Assembly (NCBI GenBank): GCA_011772495.1
Contig: WVZL01000032.1
Span: 13,893 to 77,892 of the forward strand
Direction of reading: 5' to 3'
DNA: 64,000 nucleotides
From: Candidatus Aminicenantes bacterium
GTDB taxonomy: Bacteria > Acidobacteriota > Aminicenantia > Aminicenantales > Aminicenantaceae
Shown piece after piece: positions 8,790 to 17,372 of the stretch (its first letter is position 1; each line of letters opens with the position of its first letter). A model generated the notes under the pieces. That model saw only the letters and a list, made by a program, of their open reading frames with translations. It did not search any database and was not told the origin of the DNA. The translations under genes and the position numbers were made by a program.

Positions 8790-10064
8790 ATGAACATCCC
8801 CTCTCCCCTAAAAAAATCTGTCTCGCCAAGGCGCGTCGTTATCACAGGGATTGGAATGGTGACTCCCTTGGGGATTGGAACTCAGGAGAGCTGGGCGGCC
8901 TTTCTGGAAGGAAAGAGCGGAGTCTCCTTGATCACGAAGTTTGATACTTCTCAGTTTTCATCAAAGATCGCTGCCGAGATAAAAGATTTTGACCCTCTTG
9001 ATTTTATAGAGAAAAAAGAAGTCAGAAAGATGGACTCTTTTATCCAGTATGCCATAGCGGCTTCCCAGCTGGCTGTCGAAGATTCAGGTTTGAAAAGCTC
9101 GGAGCTGGAGGGAGACAGGACAGGTGTTTATGTCGGCTCAGGGATAGGTGGCATTGGAATAATTGAAGATACCCATAAGACTCTTCTCGAGAAAGGCCCC
9201 GGTCGAGTTTCACCGTTTTTCTTGATTTCAGTCATTATCAACGAAGCCTCTGGTCAGATAGCCATAAGATTCAAAGCGCAAGGGCCGAATTCGGCTACGG
9301 CCACGGCCTGCACGACCAGCACTCATGCTATCGGGGATTCCTTCCGGATCATAGCTCGGGGTGAAGCCGATACCATGCTGGCAGGAGGTTCAGAGGCTCC
9401 CCTTACCCCCCTTGGAGTTTCTGGTTTCTGCGCCATGCGAGCTCTTTCTTTGCGGAACCATGAACCTGAAAAGGCCTCCCGTCCCTTTGATGCCGAGCGC
9501 GATGGGTTTGTGATGGGAGAAGGAGCCGGAGTCCTTGTCTTAGAAGAGCTCGAAAAGGCTCTAAAGCGGGGAGCCAGAATATATGCGGAAGTGGTCGGGT
9601 ACGGAATGAGCGGAGATGCCTACCATGTTTCTGCTCCTTCTCTAGACGGAGATGGTGCCTTTCGTGTCATGCAGAGGGCACTGGAGGATGCTGGTATCTC
9701 ACCCGAAGAAGTGAATTATATCAATGCTCATGGCACTTCGACACCTTATAACGACAAGATCGAGACCTTAGCCATCCGAAGACTCTTTGGGGATCATTCT
9801 GGGAAGATCGGGGTAAATTCGACGAAGTCCATGACCGGGCATCTCCTGGGAGCTGCGGGGGGAGTAGAAGCAGGTATCACAGCCCTCGCCCTGAAACACC
9901 AGATCATGCCTCCGACCATTAATTATGAGAATCCTGATCCTGAGTGTGATTTGGATTATGTCCCGAATAAAGCTCGAAAAACAGAAATGAATTATGCCTT
10001 AAGCAATTCTTTCGGGTTTGGAGGCACGAATGGCGCTCTTCTCCTGAAGAGGCATGAGGAATAG
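8790..10064 (+). CDS. fabF: 3-oxoacyl-[ACP] synthase II
   Basis: ~424 aa. KAS II hallmarks: ATACTTSTHAIGD active-site Cys, NAHGTSTPYND, GHLLGAAGGVEA. Confidence 0.95.
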   Translation: MNIPSPLKKSVSPRRVVITGIGMVTPLGIGTQESWAAFLEGKSGVSLITKFDTSQFSSKIAAEIKDFDPLDFIEKKEVRKMDSFIQYAIAASQLAVEDSGLKSSELEGDRTGVYVGSGIGGIGIIEDTHKTLLEKGPGRVSPFFLISVIINEASGQIAIRFKAQGPNSATATACTTSTHAIGDSFRIIARGEADTMLAGGSEAPLTPLGVSGFCAMRALSLRNHEPEKASRPFDAERDGFVMGEGAGVLVLEELEKALKRGARIYAEVVGYGMSGDAYHVSAPSLDGDGAFRVMQRALEDAGISPEEVNYINAHGTSTPYNDKIETLAIRRLFGDHSGKIGVNSTKSMTGHLLGAAGGVEAGITALALKHQIMPPTINYENPDPECDLDYVPNKARKTEMNYALSNSFGFGGTNGALLLKRHEE

Positions 10065-10080
10065 AAACAACACATAAGCT

Positions 10081-10242
10081 TGTCCAGTTTATTGAGTTTG
10101 CGTAGCTGATGATTGTTATTCGGAAAATAGCTCCCTTGAATGCATTAAGAACAGCCTAAACCGACCAGACAAGCTAAGTAAATCAGACAAAATAAAAACT
10201 CAACCGAGTGGACCAACTCAATAAACTCAATAAACTGGACAA
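10081..10242. repeat. Perfect 20-nt inverted repeat (TTGTCCAGTTTATTGAGTTT ... AAACTCAATAAACTGGACAA) flanking a ~122-nt spacer, plus tandem CTCAATAAA/AAACT repeats
   Basis: Read directly: 10081-10100 is the exact reverse complement of 10223-10242. CTCAATAAACTCAATAAACTGGACAAACTCTATAAACTG contains tandem short repeats. Confidence 0.8.
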
Positions 10243-10283
10243 ACTCTATAAACTGTAATAATTTTTTATACGAGGAGGCAGCA

Positions 10284-11066
10284 TTGAATATATGTGTTTT
10301 TGTTAAAAGAGTGCCTGATACAGAATCCAAGATAAGGATAAACCAAGAGAGCAATACTATTATAGAGGAAGGCTTGAATTTTGTTTTGAGTCCCTATGAT
10401 GAATATGCAGTAGAAGAGGCGCTAAAGCTGAGAGAAGCCAAGGGTGGACAGGTTACGGTTGTATCCGTTGGGCCAGAAGAGGCGATGGTTGTTCTGAAAA
10501 AATGTTTGGCCATGGGAGCAGATGAAGCTGTGCTCGTCAAGGACGATCAAGGGGAGACTTATGATAGCTTGCGGATATCGAAGATCATCGCTCAGGCTGT
10601 GAAGAAGAAATTTGCCGACTTCGATCTCCTGCTTTTTGGCAAGCAGTCTGTAGGGGCAGACAATGCTCAAGTCCCGGCTATGGTCGCTGAATTTATGGGC
10701 TTGCCCCAAGTGAATGTGGTGACAAAACTGGAAATAGAAGGGAATACCGGAACCGCTTGGCGAGAGATCGAAGGCGCCTTGGAGAAATTTAAATTCTCTC
10801 TCCCTGCTGTCCTCAGTGCCCAGAAAGGATTGAATGAGCCCCGTTATGAGACCCTGAAGGGAATTATGGCCGCCAAGAAGAAAGAAATCCCGGTCTGGAC
10901 CCTTAATGAATTGGATCTAGGGGAGGAAGAGTTGAATCCCCAGTTGGAGATTGTCAAAATGGAGAGCCCTCCGCCTAGAGAGGCTGGGAAGATTATCGAG
11001 GGGGAGCCTGCTGAAGCAGCTCAAAAGCTCGTTGAGCTTCTGCGCAATGAAGCCAAGGTCATTTAG
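10284..11066 (+). CDS. etfB: Electron transfer flavoprotein beta subunit
   Basis: 260 aa: MNICVFVKRVPDTESKIRI...VSVGPEEA...LLLFGKQSVGADNAQV. TTG start with GAGGAGG Shine-Dalgarno 5 nt upstream. Confidence 0.9.
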   Translation: MNICVFVKRVPDTESKIRINQESNTIIEEGLNFVLSPYDEYAVEEALKLREAKGGQVTVVSVGPEEAMVVLKKCLAMGADEAVLVKDDQGETYDSLRISKIIAQAVKKKFADFDLLLFGKQSVGADNAQVPAMVAEFMGLPQVNVVTKLEIEGNTGTAWREIEGALEKFKFSLPAVLSAQKGLNEPRYETLKGIMAAKKKEIPVWTLNELDLGEEELNPQLEIVKMESPPPREAGKIIEGEPAEAAQKLVELLRNEAKVI

Positions 11067-11078
11067 AGGGAGGATGGA

Positions 11079-12056
11079 ATGATTTTAGTTTACATAGAAG
11101 TCAGAGAAGGAAAAGTGAAAAAATCTTCTCTTGAAGCCCTTTCCGAGGGAGCCAGGAGAGCCAAAGATTTCAAAACAGAAGTGAATGCAGTCCTGGTCGG
11201 AGACAAAATGGACAACCTTGCTTCCGAGGTTTTCCCTTACGGGGCTGAAAAGATTTATTTACTCGAGAATGCTCTTTTTGGCCACTATTCTGCTGAAAGC
11301 TACGCTCAGGCGCTGATGACCTTGATCGAGGAGATCAAGCCTGATGTTGTGTTTTTTTCAGCCAGCGCTATGGGGAAAGACCTTTCACCTCGAGTAGCGG
11401 CCAAATTAGGAGTCGGTTTAGCTTCTGATTGCACCAGCACTGCAGCTAGGGACGGGAAATTGGAAATTACCCGACCGGTTTTTGCAGGGAAAATTTTGGT
11501 CGCTTTAACCTTTAAATCTAAACCCCAAATAGCGACCTTGCGGCCGAATGTTTTGCCTCTTGCTGAGCCTGCTGCAGCAAAAGGAGAAGTTATAAAAAAA
11601 GAGGTTGTGATAGCTGAAGACCAGATAAAAGGCAAGGCCGTAGAAGTTATCAGGGGAGAGGGAGCTGAACTGGATGTTACTGAGGCTGAAATTGTCGTCT
11701 CTGGGGGGAGAGGCATGAAAGGCCCGGAAAATTATGACCTTTTAAGAGAACTCACGGCTATCCTTCCCCAATCGGCTGTGGGAGCTTCCCGTTCAGCCGT
11801 GGATGCTGGGTGGATCGACCATCAGCATCAGGTAGGCCAGACAGGCAAAACAGTATCACCGAATCTTTATATTGCTTTCGGGATTTCAGGAGCTATCCAG
11901 CATTTAGCAGGCATGTCGTCCTCAAAGTGCATCGTGGCGGTTAACAAGGATCCCGAGGCTCCTATTTTCAAAGTTGCTGACTACGGTCTGGTGGGTGACC
12001 TCTTTCAGGTTATTCCGCACCTGAAAGAAGAGCTGAAGAAAATCTTAAAGGATTAA
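11079..12056 (+). CDS. etfA: Electron transfer flavoprotein alpha subunit
   Basis: 325 aa. FAD-binding C-terminal domain ([40 protein letters not shown]). Confidence 0.9.
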   Translation: MILVYIEVREGKVKKSSLEALSEGARRAKDFKTEVNAVLVGDKMDNLASEVFPYGAEKIYLLENALFGHYSAESYAQALMTLIEEIKPDVVFFSASAMGKDLSPRVAAKLGVGLASDCTSTAARDGKLEITRPVFAGKILVALTFKSKPQIATLRPNVLPLAEPAAAKGEVIKKEVVIAEDQIKGKAVEVIRGEGAELDVTEAEIVVSGGRGMKGPENYDLLRELTAILPQSAVGASRSAVDAGWIDHQHQVGQTGKTVSPNLYIAFGISGAIQHLAGMSSSKCIVAVNKDPEAPIFKVADYGLVGDLFQVIPHLKEELKKILKD

Positions 12057-12122
12057 AGAAGAAAAAAAGTATCTTTTTAGAGAAAGGTGAAACCGTTCCC
12101 ATTAACTAAAGACAAAACGTAG

Positions 12123-13736
12123 CTACTCGAAAACTTCTGGGTCTTCCTTGAGGAGAGGAAGAAGCAGCTGGTTGCGTTCCGAGCGATCTTCTCCGATACT
12201 GGTGACAAAGATAGCCGGCTTATCAACTACCGGACATTTGGTTTCACAAATCCCGCACCCGATGCAAAGGTCAGTGTTGATAACGGGAGCGGCAGGAGTT
12301 TTTATGGTGCCGTCCGGGCGAATGACCTCAGTCTTGACCAGCTTAATTGCCTTAGGGGATGTAGGGCAGTGTTCCTCGCAGACAATACAGGGAGTGCCCA
12401 GGAAGTAAGGTATACAACGGTTCTTATTCACCCAAGCCAAGCCGATCTTGACCTTTAGCTTTTCTGGTACGGTCAAAGCTCTTATGGCCCCTGTCGGACA
12501 GACCTGAGAACAGAGGGAACAGTAGTATTCACAGTAGCCAATTTTTGGCACTAGAACTGGAGTCCAGATTCCCTCTGGACCAGCTTCGGTCGTAGCCGGC
12601 TGCAGGCCGTTGGTGGGACAAGCTTTCATGCACTCGCCACATTTGACACATTTTTGGAGGAATTTTTCCTCAGGAAGGGCTCCTGGGGGTCTGATCAATT
12701 TTGGCGATGAGCGCTTCCAGGAGGGGGAAAGGCGGAAAAAGGGAACAGCCACTACAGCCAAAATCGAGGAGAAAATGAGCTTTCGGCGGGCCAGGTTCAC
12801 CGATTCGATCTTCTCTGGGGCAGATTCTAGGGGGAAGCCGATGGCACTGGTCGGGCAGATGGAGCTGCAGGTAAAACAATAATCACATTCCGGGCTTCTC
12901 CATTTCTCTTCAGGGAAAGGGGTGGCTTGGGTTTCACAGTGTATATTGCAAAGGTTGCACTCGATGCATTTCTGTCGGTCGATTTTTAACTTGAGAATAT
13001 TCCATCTAGAGATAAGAGCCAAGAAAGCTCCGAGCGGACAAAGATAACGGCACCAGAACCTTTCCCTGGACAAGTTTAAAAGCAAGATGCCGATGAAGAT
13101 CAGGCCGATAAAAAAGCCCTGGAGGAAGGTGGCGTTCAGAGCCAGGTTCTCGAAGAATTGGGCGAGGCCATCAGCCAGGAAGGAAAAGTTTACCTGGTAG
13201 AGGAGGCCGAGCGCCGCATCGAAGCTTTGACTCAGAGCAGGAAGAACAGCCACCGAGAAAGAGCGATAGAGCAGAGAGAGCGGGTCAAAGATCCCCACCA
13301 GGTCGAGCGAAAAAATTGTCCCGACCAGGATAAAGACTAGCAGGTAGTATTTCCAGGCCAACCGGTTGTCTGTGCTGTTTTTTGGTTTTAGCAGTTTTGC
13401 CTTTTTAAAAACAAAGGAGAAAAATTGGTGAACTGAACCTAGGGGGCACACCCAGCCGCAGACAACTCGCCCAAAGATAAAAGTTATGACCATGGTTAAA
13501 ACTGCAAAGATAAAGGAGATGAAGATCGTGCGGGAAGCGATGAGAGTGGAGATTGCCAGGAGAGGGTCGAAGTGAAAGAAAATTTCTACTCTTCCGATAT
13601 AGTCCTCTCCAGTGAAATGAGTTCTTAACAATAAATAAAAGAAGAGCAAGAAGAAGATTGTCTGGCTGAGAATACGGAGGCCTTGGATGAGCCTATATTT
13701 CTTAGACCGTTCTTTTTTCAATTTTAAGCTTGTCAA
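12123..13736 (-). CDS. Membrane-bound polyferredoxin (NapH/MauN/CcoG-like N-terminal membrane domain with CGWVCPLG motif plus multiple 4Fe-4S CxxCxxCxxxCP motifs)
   Basis: 537 aa. Hydrophobic N-terminal helices; at least six ferredoxin-type Cys clusters (CIECNLCNIHC, CDYCFTCSSICP, CVKCGECMKACP, CSLCSQVCP, CIVCEEHCP, CIGCGICETKCP). Confidence 0.75.
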   Translation of the reverse strand: MTSLKLKKERSKKYRLIQGLRILSQTIFFLLFFYLLLRTHFTGEDYIGRVEIFFHFDPLLAISTLIASRTIFISFIFAVLTMVITFIFGRVVCGWVCPLGSVHQFFSFVFKKAKLLKPKNSTDNRLAWKYYLLVFILVGTIFSLDLVGIFDPLSLLYRSFSVAVLPALSQSFDAALGLLYQVNFSFLADGLAQFFENLALNATFLQGFFIGLIFIGILLLNLSRERFWCRYLCPLGAFLALISRWNILKLKIDRQKCIECNLCNIHCETQATPFPEEKWRSPECDYCFTCSSICPTSAIGFPLESAPEKIESVNLARRKLIFSSILAVVAVPFFRLSPSWKRSSPKLIRPPGALPEEKFLQKCVKCGECMKACPTNGLQPATTEAGPEGIWTPVLVPKIGYCEYYCSLCSQVCPTGAIRALTVPEKLKVKIGLAWVNKNRCIPYFLGTPCIVCEEHCPTSPKAIKLVKTEVIRPDGTIKTPAAPVINTDLCIGCGICETKCPVVDKPAIFVTSIGEDRSERNQLLLPLLKEDPEVFE

Positions 13737-14586
13737 GGTTGATTTCGCCGTGTCCCTTCTGGTGGGCCAGGCGAAGATAGGGTATGTCCTGGGAGCTCAG
13801 GCTGAAAAAAGTCGTTCCCAGCGCATCGACGGCCACATAATCTGTGCCAGCTACAACAGTCTTGTGGAGCTTGGTGTCGGACAGCCTCCCTCCCTGAGGC
13901 CCGTTCCGGATAAGAATACGATACGCGTCTAAGACTGTCAGACAGGGTTTAAAAAAGGCTGCCAGGTCGATCATGGCTTGGTCGAGTTTTTGATGAAGCT
14001 GATTCCGGTTGCCTCCTAGGGCTCCCAACCAATTCTTCATCCCTAGAGTTAACCTGGATAGGCTGTGTGTTTTGGCTATGGGAACATTAATGATTTTATC
14101 GACTTCGATAAAGTCGGTGAAGACCTCCCACTCTTTCAGCCATTCTCCTTGGAGAGGAATCTTTTTCAAGCGATGGCGGTTGGGAAAGAGGACTTTGGCT
14201 CCAGCCTGCTTGGCAGCCTCAGCGATTCCCGAGCGAAGATAGGTTCTTTTGGCTTGGTTGCAGGGATTATCGATAACCTTAACCTCTTTGGCTCCTCCTT
14301 CCAGGCAAAGTTCAACAAGAATCCTGACCACCTGGGGATTCGTGCAGGCAGCTTGTTGAGGCGTCCTGTCCCAGCCAATATTCGGTTTTACTAGAACGAC
14401 ATCCCCTTTGGAGATAAAACGTCCGATTCCCCCTAGGGAAGCTACCGCTTTTCTGGTAAGGGCTGCAGGGTTTTCGCCCTGGATGAGAGCCAGATCAGGG
14501 AAAGTCGGCTGGGCAAAAAGGGAGGGATTGAAGTTTAGGATGAGGCTTCCCACAGCTACGTCTTTAATGAACTCTCGTCTGTTCAT
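13702..14586 (-). CDS. DUF362 domain protein with twin-arginine (TAT) signal peptide
   Basis: 294 aa. N-terminus MNRREFIKDVAVGSLILNF... is a TAT motif (RREFIK) followed by a hydrophobic stretch. 3' end overlaps the polyferredoxin start by 35 nt. Confidence 0.6.
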   Translation of the reverse strand: MNRREFIKDVAVGSLILNFNPSLFAQPTFPDLALIQGENPAALTRKAVASLGGIGRFISKGDVVLVKPNIGWDRTPQQAACTNPQVVRILVELCLEGGAKEVKVIDNPCNQAKRTYLRSGIAEAAKQAGAKVLFPNRHRLKKIPLQGEWLKEWEVFTDFIEVDKIINVPIAKTHSLSRLTLGMKNWLGALGGNRNQLHQKLDQAMIDLAAFFKPCLTVLDAYRILIRNGPQGGRLSDTKLHKTVVAGTDYVAVDALGTTFFSLSSQDIPYLRLAHQKGHGEINLDKLKIEKRTV

Positions 14587-14592
14587 GGTTTC

Positions 14593-15762
14593 TTATCCTT
14601 TGCCTAACGAATGTATATATTCCAAGATGCCATCGTAGATCCCCCGGGCAACTTCTTGAAGATACTGGGGGCTGCTCAGCCTTGCTTCATCTCGAGGATT
14701 ACTCAAGTAGGATATTTCTACGAGGACAGAAGGCATCTCTCCACCGATCAGAACCCATAGAGGTCCGCCTTTCACGCCCAGGCTGTTGATACCGCTGTAT
14801 TTCTGAGAAAGCTGCTTGACGAGCTGCTTTTGGATCCTTTTAGCCAATTCTTTGGATTCCACGATCTTGCTATTTCGAACGATTTTTTTGATGATTTCTG
14901 TCATTTCGCCGATATTCTTGGTAGAAGTCGCATTTTCTCGGGCCGCGATTTCGTTAACTTTAGGGTCACGGCTGAAATTGAGGTAGAAGGTTTCTACACC
15001 GGAGAATCTGGTGTTGGGAAGGGCATTGGCATGGATAGAGATAAAGAGATCTGCCTGTTTTTGGTTGGCAATGACAGGCCTGTCGTCAAGCGACATGGAA
15101 ATGTCCGTTTCTCTGGTCAATATCACTTCTAAATCTTTTCTGGTGCTCAACAGTTTTTTCAAGAGAAGAGAAACCTGGAGGACCACATCCTTTTCTTTCA
15201 GGCCCTTTTTCCCGACACACCCAGGATCTGAACCTCCGTGTCCAGGATCAATGACAACTCTTCGGATGCCCAATCCCAGCTGCCTGATCATGGTGTATCC
15301 TTCTTCGGTTGGCTTGGGAGGAGTAGAGGATTTTGTGCTCGGAGATCCTGTCCTTCCGATTTGAGGATAGATATCGATGACGATTCGGAAGGGATCGAAG
15401 AGATGATAGACTCGATAGTGTTTGATCTTTTCAAAATCGAGATCGGCAACTGTCCGAACCGTGGAGGTCGTCTTTTGAGCGATGCGAATCTGACTGATAT
15501 ACTCATTGTTAACCAAGATGTTTTTTCCATGGAGAATGGGATTCAGCTTGGCTTGATAGACATCGACATAGATTCGGTCTGGATTTGAGAGTTCTTTGTA
15601 GACATATTCTCGTAATTTTCCGGTGTCGATGACGATTCGGGTGAAATTGGGATGAGTCCAATAGCGAATGTTGTATATTTCTACTCTGGCGTCAGGGCTG
15701 GAGAATGATGTAAAGGGGAGGCAGAGAATGAATAATAGCCAGAAAAATCTTCTTGCCACCAT
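14593..15762 (-). CDS. amiC: N-acetylmuramoyl-L-alanine amidase (AMIN domain + Amidase_3)
   Basis: 389 aa. Signal peptide, N-terminal AMIN-like domain, C-terminal VVIDPGHGGSDPG...SIHANA Amidase_3 motifs. Confidence 0.85.
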   Translation of the reverse strand: MVARRFFWLLFILCLPFTSFSSPDARVEIYNIRYWTHPNFTRIVIDTGKLREYVYKELSNPDRIYVDVYQAKLNPILHGKNILVNNEYISQIRIAQKTTSTVRTVADLDFEKIKHYRVYHLFDPFRIVIDIYPQIGRTGSPSTKSSTPPKPTEEGYTMIRQLGLGIRRVVIDPGHGGSDPGCVGKKGLKEKDVVLQVSLLLKKLLSTRKDLEVILTRETDISMSLDDRPVIANQKQADLFISIHANALPNTRFSGVETFYLNFSRDPKVNEIAARENATSTKNIGEMTEIIKKIVRNSKIVESKELAKRIQKQLVKQLSQKYSGINSLGVKGGPLWVLIGGEMPSVLVEISYLSNPRDEARLSSPQYLQEVARGIYDGILEYIHSLGKG

Positions 15763-15816
15763 GGCATTTCCTATTAATTATATAATATTAATAAAATTAT
15801 TTCTACTCTTTACTCC

Positions 15817-17019
15817 TCAAGCTCCAAATTTTTTCAATTTTTGGGCATGGGCTAACATCAACGGCATGGCGTAAATAGCTTGAAATCGACCCAAATACCC
15901 CTGGCTACACTCCTTCTCTGAAAAGCGGCTGGCTCGGTCAGGAAGGGCTGTCTTGGAGAAGAGGAGGAAGGGATTCGGGTGCCAGGAATGAGATTTCAGC
16001 AGCCAGGGAGTGGAGTGATCAGAGGTCACGACAAAAACCTCCGGCTCTAATGCCAGCACGCGAGGAATATAGTCATCGATTTCTTCGATGGCGGCTTTCT
16101 TGGAAGTGAAATCGCCGTCTTCTCCTGCAGAGTCGGTTTTTTTAAAGTGAACATAGAAAAAATCAAAATCCTGATAATGCTGTTCCAGGGAGGCGAAAAG
16201 GTCTTCCACTGCAGATCCCACCTCCAGAAGCTCCATCCCTACCAAGCGGGCCAGGCCTTTATACATGGGATAATGTGCGATGGCTCCAGCCCTTAATTTA
16301 TACAGTTTTTCCAAGGAAGGCAGAGTGGGGAATTTGGAAAACCCTCTCAGGAGAATGGTGTTGGCTTGGGGATTGTTGTTCAGGAAAGCTGTGACGTCAT
16401 CGAGGAAAGAGTTGACGATCTGGGCAGTTTTTTCAGCCTCCGGAGAAAGGGGAAGGGTGGGCATGGGCGGCTTATTATCCTTCTGCGGGTCGGCATCGGA
16501 TAAAGAGTCAGAGAGACCGGCATCGCTAAATTTAACCACAAACCTGTGTTCCTTTCCTGGGTAGAGGACGATTTGGGGATTTTTTCTTTTTTCGAGAAAC
16601 GCGTTGATTTTTTGGCATAACTTTTCGTTCTCACTGGTGGGGATTCTTCCCGCTCTTCGGTCTACGATGAGACTGTCTTTTATGGTGGCGAAATTGCCGC
16701 GAGCGACCAAATCATTCTTTTCAACGGTTACTCCGATGCCAAGAGCTTCCAAGATTCCCCGCCCTAAGATGTACTTCAAGGGGTCGTAGCCGAACAGAGC
16801 CAGATGGGCAGGACCGCTTCCAGGAGTGATTCCCATGAAAACGGGATCAGAAAGGCCACAGGCACTCTTGGCAGCCAGATCATCGAGATGAGGCGTATGA
16901 GCAGCTTCCAATTCTGTCTTCCCCTCATGAGGAAGACCTCCCAAGCCATCCAGAACAAGCAGCACAATTTTCGAGGGGGAAGAATACGTCAAGTCCGCAG
17001 CAATGTTTTCCCAGTCCAT
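15817..17019 (-). CDS. apgM: 2,3-bisphosphoglycerate-independent phosphoglycerate mutase, archaeal-type (ApgM family)
   Basis: KIVLLVLDGLGG...TPHLD...VTSDHSTP motifs of the ApgM/metalloenzyme superfamily. Start probably Met14 of the track ORF (MDWEN...). Confidence 0.75.
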   Translation of the reverse strand: MDWENIAADLTYSSPSKIVLLVLDGLGGLPHEGKTELEAAHTPHLDDLAAKSACGLSDPVFMGITPGSGPAHLALFGYDPLKYILGRGILEALGIGVTVEKNDLVARGNFATIKDSLIVDRRAGRIPTSENEKLCQKINAFLEKRKNPQIVLYPGKEHRFVVKFSDAGLSDSLSDADPQKDNKPPMPTLPLSPEAEKTAQIVNSFLDDVTAFLNNNPQANTILLRGFSKFPTLPSLEKLYKLRAGAIAHYPMYKGLARLVGMELLEVGSAVEDLFASLEQHYQDFDFFYVHFKKTDSAGEDGDFTSKKAAIEEIDDYIPRVLALEPEVFVVTSDHSTPWLLKSHSWHPNPFLLFSKTALPDRASRFSEKECSQGYLGRFQAIYAMPLMLAHAQKLKKFGA

Positions 17020-17372
17020 ATCATAACTAACTATAAATAAATAAGAAATGGAAGTCAATTTGACTTTTTTAAAAAGGGATTTCTTTCTAAAAATAAGGGA
17101 CTGTTCTATTTCTTATTCTTACCTATATCTCATAGTGCAAGGCTTTCTGTTTTAAAAGATAGAACTGCCCCATTTTACTAAGCGGGGAGAAATGAATACA
17201 CGCTGAATGAATCCAGTGTTGTTAAAATTGCGAATTTCGGGGACGGAGCCTGCCCTTTTTTTCCCTGTTAGAGTGGAGGTGTTCTTCACGCCTTGGAAGC
17301 TATTTCCCCTCCTTTTTTTAAGGAAATTAGCGAGGAGTTTACATCATATAAATCCTCTGCTAAAATCGATAC

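Noticed and set aside
10200-10260. Possible CRISPR array suggested by short tandem repeats
   Set aside because: Repeat units are only 8-9 nt with no spacers of 30+ nt, and there are no cas genes; not a CRISPR.
10145-10354. Minus-strand 69-aa ORF (…QFIEFVQFIEFIE…) spanning the fabF-etfB spacer
   Set aside because: Its repetitive peptide is generated by translating the CTCAATAAA tandem repeats; it overlaps the etfB start and has no Shine-Dalgarno. Treated as an artefact of the repeat region.
12148-13340. Short + strand ORFs inside the polyferredoxin gene
   Set aside because: Antisense to a gene with numerous unmistakable 4Fe-4S motifs; too short and without signals.
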